From the NCBI GenBank assembly GCA_973895155.1, contig OZ316892.1, positions 10,862,320-10,926,319 of the forward strand: DNA of 64,000 nt. The letters run 5' to 3'. The translations under genes were made by a program, and so were the position numbers. How positions within the stretch are numbered: the first letter of the stretch is position 1; each line of letters starts with the position of its first letter. The notes beneath the pieces are model-generated. The model was given only the letters and a program-made list of their open reading frames with translations. It made no database searches and was not told the DNA's origin. Source of the DNA: Marsupella aquatica (lineage: Eukaryota > Plantae > Marchantiophyta). Below are positions 51,507-64,000 of this stretch, one piece after another.

Positions 51507-52364
51507 GAGACACTTATGGATATTTAAACCAAAAATCTATATCATGGATTGTTCATGTTGTTTCTTAATTAATATTTCATACACCATTAGTGTGGTAGGT
51601 ATTTTCATTTTGGACTCCTACTTTCAAAAGAGGTCATGCATATAAGTGACATGGGTACTCCCTCCCTTATCCCTCCTCCCTCTTTGAACCCAAACTCTCC
51701 TTCCTCTTCCAAAAACTCCATAGCTTTTTCTCCTCCCTCCCTCTTCGCTAAAGTCTCTCCTATTTTTAGTAAACCCTCTTTGGACTCCCTTCTTCCTCCG
51801 TCCCTCATCCACCTTCCAACTCCCTTCCTCCCTCTTTCACCTTTCACCTCCCTCCCTCCTCCTCCCCCATTCAAACTCTAACCTAGATGCACACACAAGT
51901 CTAACATAAACGTTTGCGAACTGTTTGCGAAACTAAACAAATCCCAACCAAATCGCAATTCTGCCATTTAAACCGTTTCTCAATTATTCCATACTATACG
52001 CTTCACTATTTTGCGATATCCAGACCATCCCACCTTTACCATCCATATTGTTTCGCACATTTGCCATACAAACCCATCGCAAATTGTTTGAAGCTAACCT
52101 TTTCGCAAACATCCTCCAATCCTAATTGTTTTGCATCATTAATGTTACCGTGGTTTCGGACTTTCGGAGCAGTCGCGGAGCCTTCGTAATGTGTTTTGTA
52201 ATCTCTGTAGTTTCGCAAACTATTGTGATACAATAAAGTTTGCAAAATGTTTGCGATGCAAATTGCGATGCGTATTGAGTCATCAACGGTTTGAAGCATC
52301 TGGAATCGCAAACGTGTGTCCGGACTCAAATGAGCTTCGCAAAAGGGCAAAATATGTTGTAGTG

Positions 52365-52709
52365 ATATCTCAGTCTACTACAGAAGGAGAGTATGTTGCA
52401 GCAGCAGAAGCAGCAAAGGAAGAAATTTGGTTGGACAAGTTAATTGCGGAGATGGGTTTAGAGCATGGCAAAATGACTCTAAATTGTGATAGTCAGAGTG
52501 CTCTGCACTTGGCTGCTAACCAGGTGATGGATAGCAGGGTGAAGCACATTGATATCAGGTACCATTTTATCAGGCAAGCAGTGTCTGATAAAACTTTTGA
52601 GCTAGTCAAGATTGATGGAAAGCTCAATCCCGTTGATGCCTTTACCAAAGTGATTTCTTTGGAGAGTTTCTCAAGACATCGTGCTACTTTGCAGGTTTTG
52701 CAGTTGTAG
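52365..52709 (+). pseudogene. Copia RNaseH C-terminal part (continuation after the CACTA)
   Basis: SQSTTEGEYVAA, CDSQSALHLA, KHIDIRYHFIR, NPVDAFTK. Confidence 0.95.
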
Positions 52710-52916
52710 TGCAAGTAGAGTTATTTAACAATGTGTGACTATTTGTATATGGATTACTCATTCCTGTTTGGCTACGGCTTAGTTCTAGTTAACCCTTAGT
52801 TAACCCTTGTGGTTTTTAGGGGGAGACCTGGTTTGGTGATTGTCTAGAACTTCCCGCTGAGGATTCCATATGGTAGCATTTAGTCTAGTCCCCAAGACAA
52901 GAGTCAAGGGGGAGTT

Positions 52917-53260
52917 TGTTAGATATTGCTCTAGTCTTGTGACTCATGAGCTAACTACAATTAGGCTAACTCGGGTTAGGACTTAGCTAATGTTAGCGGT
53001 AGTGCTGTTGTGTATATAGCCAGGGCTGATGCCAGACCCTGGTGGAACTTAGGCTCATTGTTACGGAGCTAGTTGAGAGATAGGGAGAGCTTGTGCTGTG
53101 GATGCTTGGTATGGCCGGTCGGCCTAGAGTGCAGTAAAGCTCTTGTATGTTCCCATGGACGTAGCCTCATGCGGAGGTGAACCACGTATCTCTCTGTGTC
53201 GACTATTGTGCATTGGATGGTTCATGGGCTTGCCGTTACGAATGTCGTCAATGCTCAACA
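52917..53260 (+). repeat. 3' LTR of the nested copia
   Basis: 344 bp, preceded by the PPT and followed by TSD GTCAC. Confidence 0.96.
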
Positions 53261-53545
53261 GTCACCAAGATACTTCCCATCTTTCTTGTCGGCTTGTGCA
53301 GCGTTCCAACTATCCAAAAAGAAATCTCCTTTTGAACTCAACAACATGACATTCATCAAAGGTTCCCTTCGGATATTTTCCCATCCATCGGATGAAAGGG
53401 AATATCCAATAGGTTTTGCCTCCTTCATTGTTTTTGTCATGTCCTTTGTAAGATCAACTCTAGCCTCCTCCAATAATTTCATTCTCAAATTTCGCATACC
53501 CGGAAGAGAATATCCATTTACAATCCCTTTCGAGGTTTCTGTGAC
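53261..53545 (-). pseudogene. hAT transposase 5' fragment (N-terminus apparently missing)
   Basis: GYSLPGMRNLRMKLLEEAR...SLSSDGWENIRREPLMNVML...KDGKYLGD joins in frame across the TSD to MWLKYIDDIGADH at 36993. Confidence 0.9.
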
Positions 53546-53998
53546 CCGGGCCGGCCCTCTTTCCTCCCCCCACCCGGCCCTCGTCCGCCCCCTCCCCAGG
53601 CCCCCCTCCACCCGGGCCGGGCCTCCTCCCCCCCCCCACCCGGGCCTCCCTCCTCCCTGCTCCCACCCCTCCCTTCACCCGGGCCGGGCCTCCTCTCCCC
53701 CGGGCCTCCCTCCACCGGGGCCGGCCCTCCTCCCTCCCCCCACCCGGGCCTCGTCCTCCTCCCCACCCGGTCTCCTCCCCCCCCCACCCGGGCCCCCCTC
53801 CACCCGGGCCGGGCCTCCTCCCTCCCCCCACCCGGGCCCCCCTCCACCCGGGCCGGGCCTCCTCCCTCCCCCCACTCGGGCCTTCCTCCACCCGGGCCGG
53901 GCCGGGATGTAAAGCCGGGGCGTAAAGCCGGGCCGGGGCCGGGTGACGAGAGGTAAGGGGGGGGGGCCGGGCCGGGAGAAGTTCGGGCCGAGCCGGGG
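53545..53998. repeat. Right subterminal array of the hAT element (CACCCGGGCC(GGGCC)TCC units)
   Basis: More than 10 degenerate CACCCGGGCC units with C tracts, followed by a G-rich GCCGGG segment. Confidence 0.9.
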
Positions 53999-56900
53999 AA
54001 TAATGACGAATATGCGTCAAATGAGAGCATTTCAGACCGGCAAATGCCGAGTTTACGTGCCCGGCAACTCGGCAAGTTGCCCGTCACATCAAACCGGGTC
54101 CTGTCTCTTTGCTCAGGGCTCAGTTTAATTAACGAGCTAGTGGGGCCTGTAATCCTGCAGTAGATACATCCAAAGACGGAGAACATCCTGACTAGACAGT
54201 GTTAATCGATCAGCCGGGCACGCATTGGCAGATTCCCTTGAACCACAGTAATTATAATGAGCAGATGTTCCGAGAGGTTTGCAACAGTGTTCTGTCGCTC
54301 CTCTCATCATATGGCTTACGCGTTTCATGAAATGCAATGTTGTGGGTTAGGGGAACCACTTAGTGCACTCGCGTCCCTGATTGGCTTGATATTCAACGAA
54401 ACCCGAGGCTGCTAACAGCCATCTCTGCAATCCCTGCTTCATCAGTCTGTTGTGCATACCAACCCCTCGATCCTCGACGGCTCCAACAGCCTCCTCCTGT
54501 CTAACCCAACACGAACACTGTAGCCGTGTTCAATCGGTTCCAAGCCGGTTTTATTTCATTTCGCTGTTCATCAGAGTCCAGGCCGACAAGACTAAAGGCC
54601 CATTGTGACAGTAAAGCTCAGCATTGACAGTGCTTATTATTATTAAGCGCCCACAAACGGCATGAACATATTATCTACGGTATGACTTATTGCACACCGC
54701 TTGTGACACGTGAGCGGATGTCGCAACTAAATTTGTATTTTATTGCAAAAGCTGACCCGAGTGAGATGTATCCTCGACCGAGGTTTACGACCTTGAGGAC
54801 CACGCGGTGCTTACAGTATCTCCTGTTCACCAATCTTGGTCCCGTAAACTTGCAACAGAGATTTTGGGATCTTAATTTCCACGTTGCAGGAAAGCAAGAT
54901 ATATCGGGTATTCCTAGTGCGCACGGTGGGTAAAATAATATATGTACCCTCGATCTGGCCACGCTACCGTTGCTTCCGACTGAGCTCGGCCCCATGACTA
55001 CCGTGCAAGAATGCAAACGCTGGCGACACTACAGCGGAAGTTCACTTGATCAACTTGTCACGTACAGATAGAAACTAAACTGAATACAGAAGGTCAGAAA
55101 AATTCGTGGTGGCAAAATCTTTCTTGTCCTGTAACAATGAATGATCCCCATGTGTCGCGATTCTCAAAGAGGTAGACAGAATTCTCAACATGATTCTGTG
55201 CCACAAAGCAGAACTTTGTTATCGTCACTCTCGGGAGTGTTGGCATTGCGCATCGTATAATACAGTTTTTCCCACGGAACCTCTCAGGCTGGACCAATTT
55301 CTCCATCGTGTGCAAGAAAGTATTATGCTGAGTGAAGGCATCCAAGTACGTAGCTATCCGGAAAAACATGTTTGATCTCAATTACAGTTCATTTTGGTCA
55401 ACTCCCTGGCTCTGGTGACGAACTCATCTAATCGATCTGGGTTTGAGTTTAAATGGTGTTGCACGAATCATAGCAGAAAATTAAACTGATTGAACAAGGT
55501 CCACGATCTCCTTCCTTGAACCCTGTGTCAAAGATCTGGTCAAATCGATCGATCGTTTCACGAACTCTGCTTGACTCATATTCGTCACTTAATCCTCCCC
55601 GCTCAACATGACACTTCATCACCACTCTCCAGCCAGCCGGGCTTAGTTAAATAACACAGCAGTTGGATGGTGCTTGCAAATTATGCACGACACCCATGGA
55701 GTTATTTCTGTTTGGTGGCCGAATAATTCACCACCAGCCTTTCCCAGAATTATTACAATTAAGTAACTCATTCAATGAAACTTTACAAGCACATTGATTC
55801 GAATGTTGAGCTGAGTTCACAAGTACGTTAAAACCTTCAGGTCGTTCAAGGCATTCTCCTTCTAGTTTCTACTGTGCAATTTTATCGAAAGGCTGTTGAA
55901 CAACACATTGACCAACGAGGTATGGACAGGGGTGCAAAACGGTCTGTCTATATAGGCCATTTGGACGATTCTCCTGTCATAGATACTATGCTTGGACTGA
56001 ATTCGACATCCTGACGTCCAGTGAAAAATCAGCCATAGCCATTCTTAGGCCCCAATTTGTTGCTTAACAATTCTGGTGTCGGTATTTTGAAGACGGGCAA
56101 GGTGATCAACATTAGATCGGAGATATAAATTTCTGAATATAGGAATTAGTAATTAGGATACACATGGTGCTTTGGGGAGTCGAGGGACAAAACTCTGGAT
56201 CATGAGACAGACGAAAAATGAATAATTTCGTATGTATCATCTTTGAGCCAAACTTAAGCTGTCTTGCAGCAATTCAGGCCAGTGTGTCATTCGAAGAGTA
56301 ACGTTCGAATGGATGGAGGACATCGATTCTGTTCGAGACAATCTACAGTCTGTTATCGTCGGATTAATTCGACTCCACTCATTGGCCTTCCGATAAGGGA
56401 CTGTATGAAACCTGCCAATCCGGTGTCTTCTGAATACGGTATCCCGGTGAAGTGAAACAGCCGTCCCCTCGGACAAATCACACTAAATTCCTGCCAAACA
56501 GGATCATCCCTATAACTACTGGTGAACCGTAATTAGCAACTTAGCCTACTGCTGGGTCAACGCGCCTTGCAACTGGGAGGTTGAGTTTTTCACGAAGGCG
56601 CACATGTCGGACTACGACTGGATGTGATTTACGCGAACATCTTCACCTCGATCTAGAATTTAACGGCTATTGCTTACCATGTCCATTTATGTGTTTTAAG
56701 GCTGACAATGGTGACGCACATTTGAGTTCATGAACTGCCTACTTTTTCCCTCTATATGCTTGTCGGGCTGTCTACAGTAGTTGTCTGGTTACCCCATTGG
56801 CTCTCTAGTGTTTTTTGTCAAATTGCACACCTTCTGCCTATTTCAAAGGCAACAACTGATAAAATGCAATGATGTTAGGAGGTTCGTGCATCATTTCTCC

Positions 56901-58138
56901 CTCATTTACATGTTGTCCTTTAATATCATGGTTAAGAGCTCAAAGCCTTCACAAAAGATGTCATTGCAGACAAGAAGTCATTACATAAAAGATTTCTTGG
57001 TGTTATTGTGCAAAACATGTTGTGGAGGAAGTCATTGAGGAGAAAAGTGTCATTGAGTCAAGGTGGAGGAAGTCATTGAGGAGAAGAAGTGTCATAAAGG
57101 CAAGGTGAAGAGATCTGTACAAGACACTCTACAAGTTATTTTGCAGAACAGATTACTGTAAATTCTTACATCTGCTTGATATTTTTATGACAAGGATCAA
57201 CAATGGTCACATATTGGATATACAATCATCACATTGACCATAAAAATACATACATCTAATGCAAAATGAGTTTCAATATGCAAAACATTTGTCATACTAA
57301 CAATCTGGATATTAAATGGATATACAACCCACTTTGGTGATGGACGGGCTCTATGGGGTCCAAGTACGGTCATGCAACAATTTTTTATTATCTCATCTCC
57401 CTCTCCTCTCTCTCCTCCCTCTCCCCATATGAAGGAGGTGGTGAAAGCAAATGTGTGATGGACAGACATATTGTGTGGGATGGACATAAGAAGGGCGACC
57501 AGTCCTGCAATCGGTCCGCCTCTTTGTCTGCATCATGCGCCATTTGCTTTCATCCCACACCTGAGTGGCAAGAGTGAAAGGTATTGTCAATGTTGATGTT
57601 TTTAGCTGACACAAAATTATGTGGGCAAAAAATTGTCTGGTGCCAATGGGTTGCAAGGAAAACCAATCTTACTGGGAAGGCACAAACTTTATTGGAGAAA
57701 AAAAATATCTATGCAAACAAAAAATATGTAGGGTGATCAAACTAAGAAATTGGGAGACAAACTAAGATAAGTAAAGTTTAAGTTAGGGCCAGAAAGAAAT
57801 TGTGCAAGGTTGAATCACCTTGCCACAACAATTGGCCTGCACTCACAAATGGAAAGGAAAATTTCCAACTCCCCTTAGAAAATCATGAAAGGTACGAGGG
57901 GGTGGGCAAGGGTTCAACTTGGCCCCATGAATTTGACTGGCAACCCAAAAGAAATCAAAGAACATCACCACCCCTATCCCTCAACACTATTAGAAAAACC
58001 AGGAAAACATAATGAGAAAAATAAGAAACAAAAATTAAACTTAAACCTAAACAAGTTATAATTCACACACATAAGAAAACCCAAGTAGCCTATCACCCCT
58101 CCTAAGATAATAGGCCTTCCTTGGGCACCCCACCCCAA

Positions 58139-58470
58139 TGTTGAACTAAGACGTCATTCGCAATGACCATACAACCATGACTTATTCCATGCACACGTAG
58201 TCGACACAATCTCTACGTGGTTCACCTCTTCTCCAAGGCTACGTCCACACAAACACTCAAGCTTTACTTCAAGAGTAAACGAACACACATGCTCTCCCTC
58301 TTCCTCAAGTTGCTCCGTTACAATGAGTAAGCACCACACACCAGCGGCTTACACTAGCCCTGGTATATACAAGGTCACACACGACTAACCTAACCTCAGC
58401 TAAGACCCTAACTGTGGTTAGCCTAAGTGCCGTAACCTTTGAGTCACAAGACTAAGAGCAATCCTTAACA
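58139..58470 (-). mobile_element. Solo LTR of a related copia family
   Basis: TG...CA, 332 bp, TSD CCCAA on both sides. The reverse complement starts TGTTAAGGATTGCTCTTAGTCTTGTGACTC, similar to the 36999 LTR start TGTTAGATATTGCTCTAGTCTTGTGACTC. Confidence 0.85.
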
Positions 58471-58905
58471 CCCAATACACACAATCCAATGGTGACCAAA
58501 ATGAGTCTATATACTGTGTTTGATGACTGGATTGTATTCCGTCCATTCAAGTTTGTAAGCACACTATGAATTTTTTGACAGGTTTACATATTATAGTAGT
58601 TGATGACAATGCACCAAAATGGGTCAGAGAAAATCCAATGATCCAGCAAGGAAATGTTGCCCCATCTAGTGCTTGTCCAGAGGGGAAGATATTTTCTTGT
58701 AGTGGATGGAGGTGGAGGTGCTGGCATAGTGATTGTAGTTGAAGATTTGAGCAAAGTAGACGACGTACCAGGACTGGACTAGCCAACTTTTATTCTTGAC
58801 TTACATTTTCCCTCCACCAACTTCAAGTGTACATTTGTTTATTGAATTGTCCTTTGAAATTGGATGCCATGAAGTTTTGATTTGTGTAAATTGGTTGTTG
58901 TTGTA

Positions 58906-59249
58906 TGTTAGATATTGCTCTAGTCTTGTGACTCATGAGCTAACCACAATTAATCTAACTTGGGTTAGGACTTAGCTAATGTTAGCGGTAGTGCGGTTGT
59001 GCATATAGCCAGGGCTGATGCCAGACCCTGGTGGAACTTAGGCTCATTGTTACGGAGCTAGTTGAGAGATAGGGAGAGCTTGTGCTGTGGAAGCTTGGTA
59101 TGGCCGGTCGGCCTAGAGTGCAGTAAAGCTCTTGTGTGTTCTCGTGGACGTAGCCTCATGTGGAGGTGAACCACGTATCTCTCTGTGTCGACTCTTGTGC
59201 GTTGGATGGTTCATGGGCTTGCCGTTGTGAATGTCGTCTATGCTCAACA
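58906..59249 (+). mobile_element. Solo LTR of the same copia family as 36999-53260
   Basis: 344 bp, highly similar to both LTRs; TSD TTGTA on both sides; no PBS or PPT adjacent. Confidence 0.95.
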
Positions 59250-60439
59250 TTGTAGATGGAGGGAGAGTTGAAGCGGGGGAGGTTTGGCAGGCACAGCAAC
59301 TCAAGAATTTAGCTGGGAGTTTGATCAAATGTGCTCCTACTAGAAAGGTAGTCTCTTTTTGAAAGATATCACCTGTCCATTATTTGTTGTTTGTTGTTGG
59401 GGTCATCCAAGGGGTCATCACCTCCATGACTAGAGCTCTGAGCTAGTACTACTGATATTGGTGCTAAGGTGTCACCTTATTGACTGGAGCTTTGAGTGAG
59501 ACAATACTGATGTGTGTGTTTGGATCATTACCCTCTAAAGCAAATGAGTTTCTTGCCTGGTTTCTTGCCCCAGTGCAAAGTAAATACACAACAAATAGAG
59601 AAAATAATTTTTTAAACCAACCAATTGTGCCCCTTCAATAAACCTGACCTAATCTATTGTGCATGGCTCAAAAAGTTTTGCAATTTAATGCCATCATGGA
59701 AGAAAGACCCAATGCACCCAACACTGTGGTAGTAACAAGAGCAATGGCATAATGGTTTAAATTGAATTATCACCCTATTCATTAAAAGTGTATTTTATTT
59801 TGTTCACTTTTAGGCCTCTAAATGTTCACTTTTTGGTCTCTAAATGTACACTTTTTAAACCCAAAAGGTACACTATGGTATAATACTCCACACCTAAATG
59901 ATCAATTGTAAACTTGAGGTGACAAAAATGATCTTGACTAGAAAGAGTCTCATCCTAGTTCATTTACAAAGGATGAACATGGTGTTACATGTGATGGCCA
60001 TCAACTTTGTTTCTTGCCTAATTGTACACTTTTTGAAGGCCAAATGTACACTTTCTATTGCCCAAATGTTCATAAATTGAATAATAATTCACTTTTAATG
60101 AATAGATTGATAATTGAATGTGAAAATGAATGTGATATTGTTGCAACTCAATGCTTGCACACCACCCTCCGACTGTGTGCACAACACCACCAAATGTAAG
60201 TTGTTGGTACTTAACTTTAGGTCCTGGTTAGCTTAATTGGAGTGCAACTTAACCATTGCTAAGGGTTACTGAGGGCCTGAGAAAGAAAAGATTGTGTCAT
60301 AGAGCAGCTTATCCTGTAGCTTGTGGGTTTCCATATTAAAGAAACAATTGCTACTCAAAGACACCATGCACATGTGCAACATCCAACGAGCATCCAAGTA
60401 GTTGGCTCCATTCAAAGGAACACACAAGACAACTTTACC

Positions 60440-61520
60440 TACTGATGTCTAAGCATATTGGCCATATTGAAATTGTGGAGTAACCTCTCCCTATATCCTA
60501 GATGGCTGTGTAACAATGAGCCTAAGTTGCACTGGCGCTGGGCTGATCAGGATGCGGCAATTAAGTATTTTGGCACGGACCGCTGATTGCAGATTACATG
60601 TTATGCTTTGACCCACTCATATTGACTACTCTCAATCAAACCGGTTATGGGAGGTGGCATTGTCTTAGGATCATGATTGGAGTGGTGTTTGGAGACACCT
60701 CTGGTCTTCTGACATCTCCTCCCATGTCAAAGTGTTTATCTGGCATGTTCTTGCTCAAGGTCTCTTTACTGATTCGCGTGCCCTCTGTATTCAAAAAACA
60801 GATGGCTGCTGAAGCATCTGCCCAGGATTTGTTAAGACCATCCCCCATCTTTTCTTTGCATGTTCATATTGGGGTTCATATGTTGGCCGGTGCTGGATAC
60901 ATACCCAATGTTGGTTAAATGGTGAGTGCATCAAACTTGGACTTTAATTGACATACTATTTTGCTGAAGTACTAGATCACTTGACTGCTGTTGTGCAGCC
61001 TCTATTCCAGGGACTACGTGTTCGAGATTGCTTAGGGCTAGAGAAGTGCTTGCAGCAGAAACAGTCTGCATGATGAGACCTGCCCCTTGGCTTCTATAGT
61101 TCCCCCTCGGAATTGATATATTTTCTCCATGACTTGCTCCCAATTTGCTGCCAGCTAGGAAGAGGAATCCTCTTTTCATGCCCCTGATCAGAGCCCAATG
61201 CACTTAGGATGCACACTTGGTACTGATTACCTGGCCATTGTGGGATGGATAAGTCAGAATGTGACCTGTGGATGTGCTTAATGTAGATTTGTTTGTGTTT
61301 GTTGACAAGTCTTCATGATGTCCCTTACTTTTAGACTGCAGTGTGGATGGGCAGGGTGACTCGGGCTGCGGTTTTTCCAGTGTGCCGCAACCGATGCTTG
61401 TTGTTCTTTTCTGTTTTTTCTTGGCTTGTACTCTGAGTGCTGTTTTGCCTTTTATGGCCTACTGCCCGGCCTGCTGGTTATCCCATATATTATGTTTCAC
61501 TTGGAATAAAGGTCTTAAAA
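60440..61520 (+). mobile_element. Degraded L1-like LINE 3' fragment (zf-RVT region)
   Basis: Around 60690-60865 the sequence reads WRPLWSSDISSHVKVFIWHVLAQG...GC*SIC...TIPHLFFAC, the LINE ORF2 C-terminal zinc-finger pattern. AATAAA and an A-rich tail near 61505-61540. Boundaries approximate. Confidence 0.6.
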
Positions 61521-64000
61521 GTTACAAAACAGAAACAAACAATGACAGAGCCTAAATGTCACTCACTTAGTCTTGCTAGTGAATATAGTAGTAGCACATC
61601 TAACCTTAACTAAGTATCTGATTATGGTGTAGACTAATCTCTATTACATATTAACTCTAGACCTAAGAGTAAATGTATAACATGCCAGACTATAGCATAT
61701 GTATGGTTATTGCAAATGTATGGTGTTATTCAGCCTCTGACTCTGGCAATTTCAAAAGCATATTTCAAAGAGGAGAAATAGTTCCCATAAGGTACCCAAG
61801 AGGACATTTGATTTGGCCCCACCCTTACAAAGGAACCCTTTAGGACTTTCCAATAGTAAGTTGTTGCTAGGGTTGTTCATATAGAAGCTCTCGAGAAACT
61901 TGGATCTCCAACGGTTTCAGCGATAGATTCCTTCACTTCCAAAATTCTCGCTCCAATTTGACCGGCCCCGGGAAATGAGCGGCTTCACATGTAGCCCTGC
62001 TGTGTTGCTCGAGGGGCACTGTCCACACGGAGATTCCAACCCAAATTTTTTGGCGTCCTCTCGCTATACTACTCATTTCGGGGCTTATAATAGAACCGGG
62101 TTTGTTGCACAAGCTGGACTGTAAGACAGCATGATACCACGTACCAGCCAACAATAAATAAACTCCCAATTGTGTCCTTTGTAGACCTTTAGACTCGACA
62201 AAGACAGAGGTCCAGCAGGTACAAAAAACTAGATCCTTTTTGAGAAGCTCACCCACACTTGTGTCACACTTGTCACTCTTGCAGGAATGCCCACATGCGG
62301 ACATGCATGATGGTGCATGGGCTTGAATCTCGGACCACTATAAGTAACTTATTAAGTCCTGGGCATTTTCTCGAGTCTTGGCCGAAAGTCCAGACACAAG
62401 TTGCTTCAATTTCTAGACAACGTTCCCCTAAACTATATTAAAATAAAATAGAGATAAGTAGACAATAATGTTAATTAAGCTTCTCGGATGAATTATATGC
62501 ATTTATTTCATACATTGCCATGAATTTATGTTCTTTTGTTTGTTTGCGGTTCATCCACGTTTTTGTTTTTGTTCAATGATTCCACCTGGGCGCAGTATTG
62601 TTGTCGCAATCTGTACAGCTTTGTTCCTAATATTGGCCAATTGTGACTAAAGTGAGGGGAGTGGTCAGGTCAATTGTCTCAATTGCAAGCCCAAATTAAC
62701 AGATATCCCTAAGACATGGAAGGAGTGAAGCTTCATATTCTGGGCACAAAAATAACAAATTTCACCTGACAACTAGAATAGTTATGGTCAAAAGTTATGA
62801 CCAGAATTTGTTTGTCCTATTGCTAAAGGAATGCGATGCCCTAATGGAACCCGGAATTTTGGGTCTTGTGAGAAGCCATTTCCTCTTCAATTCTTCCTTT
62901 AAACCCCCGCCCCCCAACTGATAGATCCAGGTATCCATACCTCCTCAGTTTTAGTTAATATAAAAGGGAGGGAATCCTTGCCTCATCCGAGAGTTTTGAC
63001 TGCCGAACTAGCCTACAGGTTAGGGTGTGGGAAAATTCTAAGATTTTTGTAGCAATCAAAAAGTGTCACATCTGGTCCTGAGGACCATCCAAAAACAGTG
63101 AAGGGCTTGAGAAGTATAGGAAAGTAGGTAAGGGCTACTGTGTATTTCCAAGTGGCCTACCACCTTGAGAACAACTATGATCTAAGGGGCAACTAATAAG
63201 ACCAGAAGAGTAATTTGAGGCAAAAAATTGGACTTCTTCCAGCCCACTTAGATTCCAATATACACTGGCCAGACCCAAAATGAGTTTTGGTTAGGCCATG
63301 TGAATGAGACATCTTTACATTGCAGAGTGGACAAAAGTTTGGACCTGCTCTAGAGTAAGCCCAATCTTTGGACAAAAAGTTCTCACCCTATTCCGGGTGT
63401 GGTTGAGATAGGATTTGGATTCCCAAGTTCTAAAATGCCAGAAATGACATTGTGAAGAGGCAGGTCATCAACATAGAACCACCAAACAATAGTTTGCTTG
63501 TAGCCTATATTTGTCAATTAGAATTCGATTGCTTTAGTCTACAATGTGAGCTCTACGGTTTTTTTTATGTCCCGTCAATGTACAATGTTTTATGTCATGT
63601 GTACACCGCCAAAAGCAGAATACAATGTGAAAACTTGAATCAGATAGATGTCTTTGTCGAGGGATTTACGATCACATGTCTGATCATTTTGTTAATTAAT
63701 TGCATCACATGGCTGACATTCACTTCGCGCTATTCTCACATTAATGAGTGTCATGATCTGGGAGTTCTCATTCCAGTAAGACACATTAATACCAATGTAT
63801 TTTGGAGGTTACGAGGTACCAACACTGACGAAAGTCCATGAGTTGTGAACGATGCTCATTGTTGTGCACTTTTCTTTTCGTATATTTTTAAGTGCTCATT
63901 TTTTACCCTTTCAATGTTTGTAAGATAATACATGTTCTCTTGATTTCGTTAATTGTTTATTTGTAAAAATATTGCATACATTGCAAAGCCAATATTTACA

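Larger units (their letters stand above)
42758..52364 (+). mobile_element. CACTA (En/Spm) DNA transposon, 9607 bp, inserted in the copia RNaseH
   Basis: TIR CACTACAACA / TGTTGTAGTG and a near-TSD ATT/ATA. Dense TTTGCGAA/TTCGCAAA subterminal repeats at both ends. Removing it restores the copia frame KCI|SQSTTEGEY. Confidence 0.96.
36999..53260 (+). mobile_element. Ty1/copia LTR retrotransposon (Tnt1/Tork-like, ~6.65 kb without the CACTA) inserted in the hAT transposase
   Basis: LTRs at 36999-37343 and 52917-53260 (TG...CA, about 6-7 differences), TSD GTCAC, PBS TGGTATCAGAGC (tRNA-iMet) at 37346-37357, PPT AAGGGGGAG at 52906-52914. Confidence 0.96.
29654..54098 (-). mobile_element. hAT DNA transposon (~8.2 kb without nested inserts) carrying cargo genes
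   Basis: 9-bp TIR CCCGGTTTG / CAAACCGGG and perfect 8-bp TSD TCCTGTCT (29646-29653, 54099-54106). GC-rich subterminal repeat arrays at both ends and an internal hAT transposase. Confidence 0.92.

Noticed and set aside
3111-53265. Two unrelated copia elements have reverse-complementary TSDs (GTGAC and GTCAC)
   Set aside because: The solo LTRs have different TSDs (TTGTA, CCCAA), so this is most likely coincidence.
53196-54186. Long Pro- or Gly-rich ORFs (238, 222 and 186 aa)
   Set aside because: Stop-free GC repeat array; only the minus-strand 53261-53545 part is real transposase sequence.

Overview
Eukaryotic, intron-containing land-plant genomic DNA, probably from a non-seed plant (inferred, not provable here). 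Host genes are a 7-exon plastid-type pfkB fructokinase (13295-17718) and a small conserved spliced gene with an SPTDxxVSP motif (26216-27414). The rest is mostly transposons. An internally deleted Bianca-like Ty1/copia with identical 115-bp LTRs lies at 3116-7494. A three-layer nest follows: a hAT element (29654-54098, 8-bp TSD) contains a Ty1/copia (36999-53260), which contains a CACTA/En-Spm element (42758-52364). There are also solo LTRs, a MITE and a LINE remnant. The most striking observation is in the CACTA element, which has an apparently intact spliced transposase plus a SET-domain (lysine methyltransferase-like) terminal exon in the first transposase intron. Both exons can be spliced in phase 0 to one shared Cys/His zinc-knuckle exon, suggesting a transposon-encoded chromatin-modifying isoform. 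The outer hAT element also carries two cargo genes, a TKL-like protein kinase and a coiled-coil/RING-H2 protein, both now pseudogenised. All domain calls come from motif recognition by eye; no searches were run.
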